Shown here in pieces: positions 48,853 to 58,725 of a stretch of 64,000 nucleotides of DNA. Source of the stretch: Candidatus Eiseniibacteriota bacterium (lineage in GTDB: Bacteria; Eisenbacteria; RBG-16-71-46); NCBI GenBank assembly GCA_044222065.1, contig JBGAOA010000011.1:1862-65861 (forward strand), read 5' to 3'. The stretch's first letter is position 1. Each line of letters starts with the position of its first letter. The notes beneath the pieces were generated by a model. That model had not been told where the DNA came from, searched no databases, and saw only the letters and a list, made by a program, of their open reading frames with translations. A program made the position numbers and the translations under genes.

Positions 48853-49350
48853 ATGGTTATGTCACCGAAGATTACTCACGAACTCGATACGGTGGATCGC
48901 AAGATCCTCGCGCTCGTTCAGCGCGACGGCGCGATGTCGCAGGCCGACATCGGCAAGCGCGTCGGCCTGTCGCTCGCGGCCGTGAACGAGCGCATCAAGA
49001 AGCTCGAGCGCGCGAAGGTCATCCGGCGCTGGACCGCGCTCGTGGACGCCGAGGCGGTGGGGGCGACGGTGACGGCGTTCATCGAGGTCTTCATCGAACA
49101 TCCGAAGCTCGAGAGCGCGTTCGTCGCGCGCATGGCGAAGCTCGACGAGGTGCTCGAGCTGCACCACGTGACCGGCGAGTTCTCGATCCTGCTCAAGATC
49201 CGCGTGCGCGACATGCAGGCGCTCAAGGAACTTCTGCTCAACCAACTGAACGCTCAGGAAGGCGTTCGTCAGACTCGGACCGTCATGGTGCTCTCGACCC
49301 ACAAGGAAGAGAGCTTCGTGGCGACGACGGCGAAAGGAGACACGGCATGA
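48853..49350 (+). CDS. lrp: Lrp/AsnC family transcriptional regulator
   Basis: An HTH (ILALVQRDGAMSQADIGKRVGLSLAAVNERIKKL) is joined to a RAM domain. The start is at 48853 or 48859, since the predicted promoter would exclude ATG 48838. Confidence 0.75.
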   Translation: MVMSPKITHELDTVDRKILALVQRDGAMSQADIGKRVGLSLAAVNERIKKLERAKVIRRWTALVDAEAVGATVTAFIEVFIEHPKLESAFVARMAKLDEVLELHHVTGEFSILLKIRVRDMQALKELLLNQLNAQEGVRQTRTVMVLSTHKEESFVATTAKGDTA

Positions 49351-50696
49351 CCCTCGCGAATCGGCACATTGCCGCGGCGGACGTGCACGCCACCCTCGGC
49401 CGCCACATGCTGGCGGATGGTTACGACATCGTCCTCGACCTGGAGAAGAGCCAGGGTCGGCGGCTCTACGACGCGAAGTCGGGACGCACCTTCCTCGACC
49501 TGTTCTCGTTCTTCGCGACGCTGCCGGTGGGCTTCAACCACCCGCGGCTGAAGGACGAATCGTTCCTCGCGAAGCTCACGCGCGCCGCACTCGTCAATCC
49601 GACGAACTCGGACATCTACACGAGCGAGATGGCGGAGTTCGTGGACACGTTCGGCCGCGTCGGCAAGCCCGACTACCTGCCGCACCTGTTCCTCATCGCC
49701 GGCGGCACGCTCGGCGTCGAGAACGCGATCAAGGCCGCGATGGACTGGAAGGTGCGCCGCAACATGCGCAAGGGCCTGCGCGAGGAGCGCGGCCATCAGG
49801 TGCTGCACTTCCGCCAGGCGTTCCACGGACGCTCGGGCTACACGCTGTCCATGACGAACACGGCCGACCCGAAGAAGCACCAGTACTACGCGAAGTTCGA
49901 CTGGCCGCGCGTGTCGAACCCGGCGCTGCGCTTCCCCGTGGACGCGGCCGAACTCGAGCGCGTGAGGAAGGCCGAGAACGAGTCGCTCGACGAGATCAAG
50001 AACGCGTTCGTCACGCGCAGGGACGACATCGCGTGCATCCTCCTCGAGCCGATCCAGGCCGAGGGCGGCGACAACCACTTCCGCCCCGAGTTCCTCGCGG
50101 CGCTGAAGACGGTCGCGCACGAGAACGACGCGCTGCTCGTGTTCGACGAAGTGCAGACGGGCGTCGGCATCACGGGCCGGTTCTGGGCGCACCAGCACTC
50201 GGACGTGCGGCCGGACCTCGTTGCGTTCGGCAAGAAGATGCAGGTGTGCGGCATGCTCGCGGGCGGCCGGCTCGACGAAGAGCCCGAGAACGTGTTCAAG
50301 GTGTCGAGCCGCATCAACTCGACGTGGGGCGGCAACCTCGTGGACATGGTCCGCTGCGAGCGCTACCTGCAGATCATCGAGGACGAGCGACTCATGCAGA
50401 ACGCCGCGACGGTCGGCGCGCACCTGCTGAAGGGGCTGCAGGCGCTGCAGGCCGAGCGGCCCGACGTGCTGAGCAACGCGCGCGGCGCCGGTCTGATGTG
50501 CGCGATCGACTTCGCCGACGGCGCGCTGCGCGACCGCGTCGCCGACAAGGCGTACGACCTCGGCGCGATCATCCTGTCGTGCGGCACGAAGAGCCTGCGC
50601 TTCCGCCCCGTGCTCGACATCACCGCCGCCGAGGTGGACGAGGGACTCGCGCTCATCCGCAAGGCGGTGGACGCGGCGTACGCGAAGACGGCCTGA
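49347..50696 (+). CDS. lat: L-lysine 6-aminotransferase (class III aminotransferase)
   Basis: An ATGA overlap joins it to lrp. The N-terminus (HMLADGYDIVLDLEKSQG) and overall collinearity match Lat. Confidence 0.8.
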   Translation: MTLANRHIAAADVHATLGRHMLADGYDIVLDLEKSQGRRLYDAKSGRTFLDLFSFFATLPVGFNHPRLKDESFLAKLTRAALVNPTNSDIYTSEMAEFVDTFGRVGKPDYLPHLFLIAGGTLGVENAIKAAMDWKVRRNMRKGLREERGHQVLHFRQAFHGRSGYTLSMTNTADPKKHQYYAKFDWPRVSNPALRFPVDAAELERVRKAENESLDEIKNAFVTRRDDIACILLEPIQAEGGDNHFRPEFLAALKTVAHENDALLVFDEVQTGVGITGRFWAHQHSDVRPDLVAFGKKMQVCGMLAGGRLDEEPENVFKVSSRINSTWGGNLVDMVRCERYLQIIEDERLMQNAATVGAHLLKGLQALQAERPDVLSNARGAGLMCAIDFADGALRDRVADKAYDLGAIILSCGTKSLRFRPVLDITAAEVDEGLALIRKAVDAAYAKTA

Positions 50697-50774
50697 GGCG
50701 GTTCCGAGCAGTTCGCGCGCGGGGCGGGCCGACGGTCCGCCCCGCGCCGTTGTTGTAAGCTGCCGCGCCCGCCC

Positions 50775-52169
50775 ATGACCACCGCTCCCGAGAAGAAGAA
50801 GTTCCGCGAGTCCGCGGTCATCGTGCTCGTGCGAGGCGAAGGCGCAGACCTCGAAGTGTTCTGGGTCCGCCGCAGCGACGAAGTCGCCGTGCAGCCGGGC
50901 TTCTTCGCGTTCCTCGGCGGAAAGGTGGACCCGGGCGATGCCGACCTGCCGCTCGAAGGGCTCGCCGACGACGTGACGCGCGCGGCGTGCGCGTGCGCGA
51001 TTCGCGAGGCGTTCGAAGAGGCGGGGGTGCTCGTCGGGCTCGCCGCGCCGTGCGATCCGGCCGCGCTGCCCGCGGCGCGCGCCGAACTCGTCGAAGGGCG
51101 CGCGACGTTCGCGGAACTCGCCGCGCGCCACGCCTGGACGTTCGACGCCTCGCGGCTCGACTTCGCGGGGCGCTGGCAGACGCCGCCGTTCGCGCAGGTG
51201 CGCTTCGACGCGCTCTACTTCCTCGCGCACGTGCCGGACGGCCAGTCGCCGCACGTGACGCCGGGCGAACTCGCGTTCGGCGAGTGGGTGCGGCCCGCGG
51301 CCGCGATCGAACGCTGGCGGACGGGCGACGTCACGTTCGTGGCGCCGATCCTGTGGACGCTCCGCGCGCTCGCCGATCCCGCCCCGGGCCTCGCGGCGCG
51401 GCTCGCGAGCGCGCCCGAGCGCGCGCGCACGCCCGCGCCGCGCATCGAGATGAAGTGGGGCGTCGTGCTGCACCCGATGAAGACGCGTCCGCTGCCACCC
51501 GCGGACCACACGAACGCGTACTTCATCGGCGATCGCGAGGTCGCGCTCGTGGATCCCGGCAGTGCGGACGCCGAAGAGCTGGCGAAGCTGTTCGCCGTCG
51601 CGGACGCGCTCGCGGCCGACGGCCGCCGCGTGAAGTGGATCGTCGCGACGCACCACCATCCGGACCACGTCGCGGGGCTCGAGGCGTGCCGCGCGCACGG
51701 GCCGTGGCGCCTCGTCGCGCTCCACACGCCCGGGCACACGCGCGACAGCCTGTCGCTCTACGACCCGCGCACGCGCGCGCTGTGGTGCGGCGACCTGATC
51801 CCGGGCGGCGCGGGCACGGTGATCGTGGATCCGCCCGACGGGGACATGCGCGACTACCTCGATTCGCTCGAAGCGCTGCTCGCGCGCCCGCTCGACGTGC
51901 TGTTCCCGGGCCACGGCACGCCGCAGGGCGCGGTGCACCGCCGCGTGCGCGCGTTGATCCGCCACCGGCTCGAGCGCGAGGCGAAGGTCGCGGCGGCGCT
52001 CGGTGACGCGCCGCGCACCGCCGCGGAGCTGCTGCCGGCCGTGTACGACGACGTGAAGCCCGAGCTGTGGATCTACGCCGGACGTTCGCTCGTCGCGCAC
52101 CTCGAGAAACTCGAAGCCGACCGCGCCGCCGTGCGCGAAGGCGGCGGCTGGCGCCGGGCGCGCGCGTGA
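50775..52169 (+). CDS. NUDIX hydrolase - MBL-fold metallohydrolase fusion protein
   Basis: The N-terminal NUDIX box (REAFEEAGV) is followed by THHHPDH and later His/Asp ligands. Confidence 0.7.
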   Translation: MTTAPEKKKFRESAVIVLVRGEGADLEVFWVRRSDEVAVQPGFFAFLGGKVDPGDADLPLEGLADDVTRAACACAIREAFEEAGVLVGLAAPCDPAALPAARAELVEGRATFAELAARHAWTFDASRLDFAGRWQTPPFAQVRFDALYFLAHVPDGQSPHVTPGELAFGEWVRPAAAIERWRTGDVTFVAPILWTLRALADPAPGLAARLASAPERARTPAPRIEMKWGVVLHPMKTRPLPPADHTNAYFIGDREVALVDPGSADAEELAKLFAVADALAADGRRVKWIVATHHHPDHVAGLEACRAHGPWRLVALHTPGHTRDSLSLYDPRTRALWCGDLIPGGAGTVIVDPPDGDMRDYLDSLEALLARPLDVLFPGHGTPQGAVHRRVRALIRHRLEREAKVAAALGDAPRTAAELLPAVYDDVKPELWIYAGRSLVAHLEKLEADRAAVREGGGWRRARA

Positions 52170-53014
52170 ACTTCGCGCTGCTCCTCGGCGTGCTGTCGTC
52201 GGTGCTGTTCGGCGCCGGGGACTACGCCGGCGGACGCGCCGCGCGGCACGACAGCGCGCCGCTCGTCACCGCGTTCTCGGGTCTCGCCGCCGTGCTCGTG
52301 CTGCTCGTCGGACTGCCGTTCGTGCCCGGCACGCCGTCCGCCGCCGATCTCGCGTGGGCCGCGGGCGCCGGCGTGTGCGGCGCGGGCGGCGCGACGCTCA
52401 TCTACCGCTCGCTCGCGATGGGCCCCGCGAGCGTCGCCTCGCCGACGTTCTGCATCATCGGGCTCACGACGCCGGTGCTGTTCGGCATCCTGATCGGCGA
52501 GCGGCCGTCGGCGATCGCGTGGGTCGGCGTCGCGCTCGCGGCGGTCTCGCTCGTGCCGCTCGCGTGGGGCGGCGGCGAGCAGGCGCCCGCCGATCGCGCG
52601 CACGTGCGCCGCACGTTCGCGGTCGCGGCGGCCGCGGGCGGCGTCATCGGCGGCTTCCTGATCTGCGTCGCGCGCATCGGCGCGGGCGCCGGCCTGTGGC
52701 CGCTCGTCGTCGGCCGCCTCACGTCCATCACGATCCTCGGCGCGGGGCTCGTGCTCGCGCGCCGTCCGCTCGTGCCGGTCGCGGCCGCACGCCGTCCGGC
52801 GCTCGTCGCGGGCGCGCTCGATTCGAGCGCGAACCTGCTCTACTGGTTCGGCGTGCAGGGCGCGCCGATCGCGCTCATGGCGGCGCTCGTGTCGCTCGCG
52901 CCCGCGACCACGGTGCTGCTGTCGCGCGCGCTGCTCGGCGAGCGCTGGAGCTCGGCGCAGAAGTTCGGCCTCGCGCTCGCGCTCTTCGCCGGCGTGCTGA
53001 TCGCGTACCGCTGA
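52166..53014 (+). CDS. EamA/DMT family transporter
   Basis: A GTG start overlaps the upstream stop by GTGA, and the protein is 10-TM. The listed 52067 start is an over-extension. Confidence 0.75.
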   Translation: MNFALLLGVLSSVLFGAGDYAGGRAARHDSAPLVTAFSGLAAVLVLLVGLPFVPGTPSAADLAWAAGAGVCGAGGATLIYRSLAMGPASVASPTFCIIGLTTPVLFGILIGERPSAIAWVGVALAAVSLVPLAWGGGEQAPADRAHVRRTFAVAAAAGGVIGGFLICVARIGAGAGLWPLVVGRLTSITILGAGLVLARRPLVPVAAARRPALVAGALDSSANLLYWFGVQGAPIALMAALVSLAPATTVLLSRALLGERWSSAQKFGLALALFAGVLIAYR

Positions 53015-53096
53015 CGCGGCGCCCGCGCCGGAGCGCATCGCGCCGCGGGCGGGCGTGCTACCGTCGCCGCGGGCTCGCCGAACCCGGAGGCGCGTC

Positions 53097-53792
53097 ATGC
53101 CACAGACGCCGCACGTCGAGAAGCACTTCACCGCGGGCGAGAGCGTCCGCGACGTCGTCATCGGAATGTCGGACGGGCTCACCGTGCCGTTCGCGCTCGC
53201 CGCGGGACTCTCGGGAGCGATCGCGAACACGCGGCTCGTGGTGACCGCGGGCCTGGCCGAGATCGCCGCCGGCTCGATCGCGATGGGGCTCGGCGGCTAC
53301 CTCGCCGCGCGCAGCGATGCCGAGCACTACGCCAACGAGCGCCGTCGCGAAGAACTCGAGGTGCGCGAGAAGGCGCAGGCCGAGCGCGACGAAGTCTCGG
53401 GGGTGTTCCGCGGCTACGGGCTCACGGACGAGCAGATCGCGCCGGTGCTCACGGCGTTCGAGGCGAATCCGCGCGCGTGGGTGGACTTCATGATGCGTTT
53501 CGAGCTCGGACTCGAGGCGCCCGACCCGAAGCGCGCGATCGTGAGCGCGTTCACGATCGCGGGCGCGTACGTCGTCGGCGGTCTCGTACCGCTCGCGCCC
53601 TACTTCTTCAATGCCTCGCCGCAGCGCGCGCTCGGTGCGTCGGTGGCGTTCACGCTCGCCGCACTCGCCGTGTTCGGCGGCTTCAAGGGGCACTTCACCG
53701 GGGCGCCGCCGGCGCGGAGCGCCGCGCAGACCACGCTCGTCGGCGGGATTGCGGCGGCCGCGGCGTTCGGGCTCGCGAAGCTGTTCGGCTGA
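53097..53792 (+). CDS. VIT1/CCC1 family iron/manganese transporter
   Basis: ATG 53097 has GGAGG 6 nt upstream. The VIT-family layout is present, with an acidic cytoplasmic helix. Confidence 0.8.
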   Translation: MPQTPHVEKHFTAGESVRDVVIGMSDGLTVPFALAAGLSGAIANTRLVVTAGLAEIAAGSIAMGLGGYLAARSDAEHYANERRREELEVREKAQAERDEVSGVFRGYGLTDEQIAPVLTAFEANPRAWVDFMMRFELGLEAPDPKRAIVSAFTIAGAYVVGGLVPLAPYFFNASPQRALGASVAFTLAALAVFGGFKGHFTGAPPARSAAQTTLVGGIAAAAAFGLAKLFG

Positions 53793-54010
53793 GCCGCGGC
53801 CATCACCACGCGTCGCCCGGCGGCTCGTCGCCTCCCGGGACTTCGCGGGCTCGGCTCGAGCGGGCGTCATCGCCGTTGCGACTCGGCCCCGGGCGTCGTT
53901 TCGTGTTCGCAAACCGGTTCCGACTCGTTTGGCGATTCCCGCCCATGGCGCGTTGACCCGCCGGAGCGGCGTGACTAGCTTCGCTCGCTCGTCCAGCGGA
54001 AGGAGGCTTC

Positions 54011-55225
54011 GTGTCGCGCATCGTCGCCCTCGCGGGGGCCGTCATCGTCTTCGCATCGCTCGTCATCGCCGTCCGACAGGCCGGCGCCATTCCCGTGTTC
54101 GCGCGCCGTTACGGCGCGAGCTGTGAGCGCTGTCACGCGCCGTTCCCGAAGCTCACGGCAGCGGGGGAGGGTTTCGCCGCGCACGGCTTCCGCCGGCGGG
54201 CCGGAGAGACGCCGCCCGACACGATCGGGACGAGCGATCCACTGCTCGTGCTCGGCGCCGAGTTCCCGCTCGCGATTCGCTTCGACATGAACGTACAGCT
54301 CGTGAACGACGACGAGGATGGGTCGCGCACCGACTTCCAGGCGCCGTGGGTGTTGAAGGTGCTTTCGAGCGCGCCGCTGTCGAAGTCGCTGTCGTACTAC
54401 TTCTACTTCCTGATGTCCGAGCACGGCGAGGTCGAGGGCGTGGAGGACGCGTACGTGCACTGGGACGACGTCGGCGGTCGGCCGTTCGATCTCGTCGTCG
54501 GGCAGTTCCAGGTGAGCGATCCGCTCTTCAAGCGCGAGCTGCGTCTGCCGTTCGAGGACTATGCGATCTACGGCGCGCGAATCGGCGCGCTCGCGACGAA
54601 CCTCACGTACGACCGCGGCTTGATGGCCGCCTTGACGCACGGCCGCGCCTCGTTCGTCGGTGAGATCGTGAACGGCAACGGCAAGGAGGCGCCCGAGGGC
54701 CGCGCGACGCTCGACGACGACGCGCCCAAGAACGTCGCGGCGCGCGTGTCGCTCGACGCGGTGCCCGAGCGCTTCCGCATCGGAGGCTTCGCGTACTCCG
54801 GCCGGCAGGACGGCGAATCCGCAGGCGGCGATCGTGTGCGCGCGGAGGTCTGGTACGCCGGGCTCGACGCGACGTGGCGCGGCGGTCCGTGGGAGCTGAA
54901 CGCGCAGTGGCTCCATCGCGCGGACCGGCGTCCGACCTTCACGCCGGGCGAACCCGACGCCGCGACCGACGGCGGATTCGTCGAGGCGCTGTGGATTCCC
55001 GAGGACGCGCGCTGGTACGGCTACGGTCTCTGGAACCGCGTGGATTGCGACCATGCGCTGCTCGCGGGCGGGGAAGAAGGCGACGCCGCGTCGTCGCGGC
55101 TCCAGTCGTTCGCCGCGGGCGCAGGCTATCTCGTGCAGCGCAACGTGCGGCTTCAGGGCGAAGCCGCGTGGGACACGGAAGCCGAGCGCTTCCGCGCGAC
55201 GCTCACGCTGTCCGCGGCGTACTGA
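54011..55225 (+). CDS. outer-membrane beta-barrel protein carrying an N-terminal CxxCH heme-binding motif
   Basis: The GTG start follows AGGAGG and a signal peptide. CERCH sits 18 aa into the mature protein. The beta-barrel-like C-terminus ends ..LTLSAAY. Confidence 0.6.
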   Translation: MSRIVALAGAVIVFASLVIAVRQAGAIPVFARRYGASCERCHAPFPKLTAAGEGFAAHGFRRRAGETPPDTIGTSDPLLVLGAEFPLAIRFDMNVQLVNDDEDGSRTDFQAPWVLKVLSSAPLSKSLSYYFYFLMSEHGEVEGVEDAYVHWDDVGGRPFDLVVGQFQVSDPLFKRELRLPFEDYAIYGARIGALATNLTYDRGLMAALTHGRASFVGEIVNGNGKEAPEGRATLDDDAPKNVAARVSLDAVPERFRIGGFAYSGRQDGESAGGDRVRAEVWYAGLDATWRGGPWELNAQWLHRADRRPTFTPGEPDAATDGGFVEALWIPEDARWYGYGLWNRVDCDHALLAGGEEGDAASSRLQSFAAGAGYLVQRNVRLQGEAAWDTEAERFRATLTLSAAY

Positions 55226-55643
55226 CGACGCGAGATCGGGCGCGCGCGACACGCGGCTGTCCGAAAGTCGGGACGAGCCGGCGACCGCGGCGGCCGCTCA
55301 CGCGGTCCCGGCGCACGATCCCGCCCTCGATTCGAATTCCGGCACGTCCGGGACCGCAACCCACGAGACGAATTGTCTGCGGAGCGACGGGCTCAGCAGC
55401 ATAGACTTGTCGCGCGAAGCAGGATCGTCCGTTCGTTTCCGCGAGTGACGAGTTCGCTCTCATCCGCGCGGGCGCTCGAGAGAACGCGCGACCTGCGACG
55501 TCACTTCGCGAGGAAGGTCAGGGCCGGCAAAGCGCCGGCATCGCCGCAGGGCTCCGAACTCGTTCACCGCCTCGACGCCGGCCTGTGCCGGGCATCACCT
55601 GCGGTTCGGCGTCGTTCGGGTGCCTCGACCGTGGAGGTACGCC

Positions 55644-56486
55644 ATGCCTGGACCTCGTCCGCCGTTCGCCGACCGAATCCGGTCGTTCTTCCGTCCGCAT
55701 CTCCGGCTCTCGATCGCGTCGTGCTTCGCGGCCCTGTCGCTCGTGCGGGCGGCTGGAGCAGAATCCGTCGACTTCGACACGTACCCCGGCGGCGCCGCGG
55801 TCCCGCCCGGCGCGACGATCGGAGATCAGTGGAAGAGCCTGGGCGTCATCTTCTCCGACGCGGTCGGTGGCGCCGTCGGCGCCTCCAACAACTCGTGCTC
55901 CCTCACCGCGCCCAACCACGCCTACGCCGCCACGATCGTCGCGCGATTCGTGGATCCCGTGTCGGGTGCGCAGGCCCTCACCAGCTACGCGGGCACCGCT
56001 CAGGACAATTGCTGGGTTCCCGGTGAGGGCATCGCGATGCGGGCCTACGGTCTCGGCGGCGATCTGCTCGGCAGCATCTTCAATTCCGGCGGAGGCCACT
56101 TCGAGGCCTTCAGTTACCCCACCGCCGTCATCGCTCGACTCGAGATGGACTGCATTCTGCAGGGGATCGACAACTTCGTCTTCAACGCGACGACGCTCGT
56201 GGACGTCGCGGGTCGGCCGAACGCATTTCGGTTGGAGCCGCTTCATAACCCTTCGCTCCGCGGCCGGGTGAACGTGTCCTTCTCGCTGCCGGCGCCGACC
56301 GCGGCCCGACTGGAACTGCTCGACGTGAACGGGCGTCTCCTCACGTCGCGCGCAGTGGAATCGCTGGGAGCGGGCGGGCACACCGTGGATCTGGCGGCGG
56401 GCCTCGGCCTGCCGCCGGGACTCTATCTGGTGCGTCTCCGGCAGGGCGCGGACGCGCGCGTGGCGCGCGTCGTGGTGCTCGACTAG
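55644..56486 (+). CDS. secreted protein with C-terminal sorting/Ig-like domain
   Basis: ATG 55644 has GGAGG 6 nt upstream and is followed by a signal peptide. The C-terminal tail reads RLELLDVNGRLLTS..GLYLVRLRQG. Confidence 0.6.
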   Translation: MPGPRPPFADRIRSFFRPHLRLSIASCFAALSLVRAAGAESVDFDTYPGGAAVPPGATIGDQWKSLGVIFSDAVGGAVGASNNSCSLTAPNHAYAATIVARFVDPVSGAQALTSYAGTAQDNCWVPGEGIAMRAYGLGGDLLGSIFNSGGGHFEAFSYPTAVIARLEMDCILQGIDNFVFNATTLVDVAGRPNAFRLEPLHNPSLRGRVNVSFSLPAPTAARLELLDVNGRLLTSRAVESLGAGGHTVDLAAGLGLPPGLYLVRLRQGADARVARVVVLD

Positions 56487-56701
56487 TCCGCGCTGCGGCG
56501 AAGGCCCGGGCGGCGACCCCGGGGTGTCACGCTCACGAGGGGCGGGGCAGTGAGCATCCCCGTCTCATGCAGTGCCGTCCTGGGCGCCGGAGCATCCGTG
56601 AGGGCGCGGGTGGATGTCGCGGTTGCGGTGACGTGCTCCCCAACTCGGACGCGACCACGGCCATCCGCCGTCCGCCGAAGCGGGGAACTCCAGCTCCTCG
56701 A

Positions 56702-57541
56702 CTACCGCGCCTTTCGCTTGCCGTGATGCAGCTGCGCTTCGCGCTTCCTCGCCCAGGCGTCCATCCAGATCACGAACTTTCGCGGCGGCGGAATCGCGAA
56801 GTCGCGTGCGGTCGCCACGCGACCCTCGAGCAGCAGGTCCTTGGGCTGGTGATAGGTGCCGAACACCCAGTCGGCGATCGGCAGCGAGAAGAAGCCTGAA
56901 ATGGCCTCGTTGCACGAGATGTTGGCGTGATGCATGTGATGGAAGCCATACAGCTTGCGCCAGAGCGGCCCGAAGCGAGGGTGCTCCGTCGCGTGTTTCC
57001 ACCAGTCGTACGGACGATGCTCGATTGCGTGCAGGATCTCGTACAGGCACATGGACCAGGTGATCGCCGCGTAGCCACCCATGAGCACCGGCGCGTGCGG
57101 GATCAGAAACTGGACGCCGACCAACAGCGGCGTGAACACGACCCAGAATGCCACGATCGCGTAGGGCGGGAACGCCGAGTCGATGAACTGCGCCTCCTCG
57201 ACGATCGGGTAGCGGTTGAGCACGTAGCGATCCGAGCCTTCGGAGACCTGCTGCAGTCGGATCGGCGTCAGCCCGTGATGACTGCGATGGCCTCGCGCGA
57301 AGTAGAGCAGCCACGGGGTGGTGACCGAATGGAGCACGTAACGGTGGAAACCCCATTCGAAGAAGCACAGGAAGAGGTGGACCGCCAGGAACGAGACCAG
57401 CAATGCGGGCCAGCCCGCCTCGAACTGATTCGCCCACACACCGGGGAGCAGGAAGCGGAACGCGAGCAGCAGCAATCCGTACTGCGCGAGCGCCTGGATG
57501 CTGAACCACGCGATGGAGAACTTCTTCTGAACTCGGCTCAT
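56702..57541 (-). CDS. fatty acid hydroxylase/sterol desaturase superfamily membrane protein
   Basis: Histidine boxes HRYVLH, HRSHH and HHMHH are present, along with TM segments. Confidence 0.75.
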   Translation of the reverse strand: MSRVQKKFSIAWFSIQALAQYGLLLLAFRFLLPGVWANQFEAGWPALLVSFLAVHLFLCFFEWGFHRYVLHSVTTPWLLYFARGHRSHHGLTPIRLQQVSEGSDRYVLNRYPIVEEAQFIDSAFPPYAIVAFWVVFTPLLVGVQFLIPHAPVLMGGYAAITWSMCLYEILHAIEHRPYDWWKHATEHPRFGPLWRKLYGFHHMHHANISCNEAISGFFSLPIADWVFGTYHQPKDLLLEGRVATARDFAIPPPRKFVIWMDAWARKREAQLHHGKRKAR

Positions 57542-58097
57542 GGTCGTCCATGGTTCGGGGGCGCCGGCACAACTCGAGCGAAACGTCGCCGACTCAAAGG
57601 GCTCTGGGGTCGGCCGGCCCTGACGTGAGGTGTCGTAACGGGGGCGAGGGTGCCCGCGCGCTCCGGCGGCGTCAATCGAGTCGGCCGGTTCGTACGCGCT
57701 CGCGGCGGTGCTGGCGGGTGTCGGCGTGGCTCGAAGCGTGATTGGCCGCGGGCAGTTCGCGTCGCGCGCCGGCGAGGTCGGGGCGAGGCGGAAGCTCGCC
57801 CCGCGCCACGGGGCGGCTTGCAGGAAGCCGGCCGCAGCGGGCGAGCGGTAACCCGCTCAACCCGCAGAGGCTGGCATCTTGATGTACGTCAGCATTGAGG
57901 AGCAGATCTGACGCACCCCGCGTGCACAGGGCACCCCGACACGAATTCGATGACGACGCGACTCCGAAGATGGTTCACTCTCCGGTGAGGGATCCCCGAG
58001 CGGCGCTTGCGGTGCGCCTTTGTGCTCGAGCGTGAGCGGTGTCTACTTCTGCTCAGGCAATTCGCTGGACCCGCCTGAACGACTTTGGGGAGGAACC

Positions 58098-58478
58098 ATG
58101 CACTGTCCCGAATGCGGGCAAGAGTACACCCAGGGCGTCAGCGTGTGCCCCGAATGCGACGTCGCTCTCACGACCATTCCCCCGGAGGCTCCACAGGAGC
58201 CGAGCGCCGAGTGGGTGGAACTCGAGACCATACTCGAGACGAGCGATCCAGCTCGCCTCGTGGTCGCTCGCTCCTTGCTCGAAGCGGAAGGAATACCGTG
58301 CTTCACTCGAGGGGAGTTGCTTCAGGAGTTTCTGGGGTGGGGACGCATGCCCTCGGGATTCAACCTCATTACGGGCCCGGTGCAACTCCAGGTGAGGGGA
58401 GACCGAAGCGTCGAAGCGCGCGAGTTGCTGGACGCCGCTTTTCTCGAGCCGCCTGAGGACGAGCCGACGGAAGGCTGA
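58098..58478 (+). CDS. DUF2007 domain protein with N-terminal zinc ribbon
   Basis: ATG 58098 follows GGAGG. The sequence begins MHCPECGQEY..CPECD. Confidence 0.6.
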   Translation: MHCPECGQEYTQGVSVCPECDVALTTIPPEAPQEPSAEWVELETILETSDPARLVVARSLLEAEGIPCFTRGELLQEFLGWGRMPSGFNLITGPVQLQVRGDRSVEARELLDAAFLEPPEDEPTEG

Positions 58479-58725
58479 TCCAATCCGCGGCTTCAGCCGG
58501 GATCCGCAGGGTGGCGCAGTGGTTTCTCGAATTGGAACCGGGCCCCTACGGGATTCGAACGCGCCTCGCGCCCGCGTCGCGCGAGCCCCGATCCGTAGTG
58601 ACCCGTCCCGCGCATTCGTCGCCTCCTTCGCCGCTCCCGGCGCGGCGCGAATCGCCACCTCGTCGCGCGCGGCGTACAGTGCGCGCGTTTCCGCACGCGA
58701 TTCCCCACCGCCGAGGGTTTCCCCG

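Noticed and set aside
58500-58580. tRNA-like T-loop motif (GTTCGAATCC on the minus strand) in the intergenic region before the S9 peptidase
   Set aside because: I could not fold a cloverleaf, since the T-stem and acceptor stem do not pair. It is more likely part of the repeated 17-mer motif or a tRNA-derived relic, so no tRNA was called.
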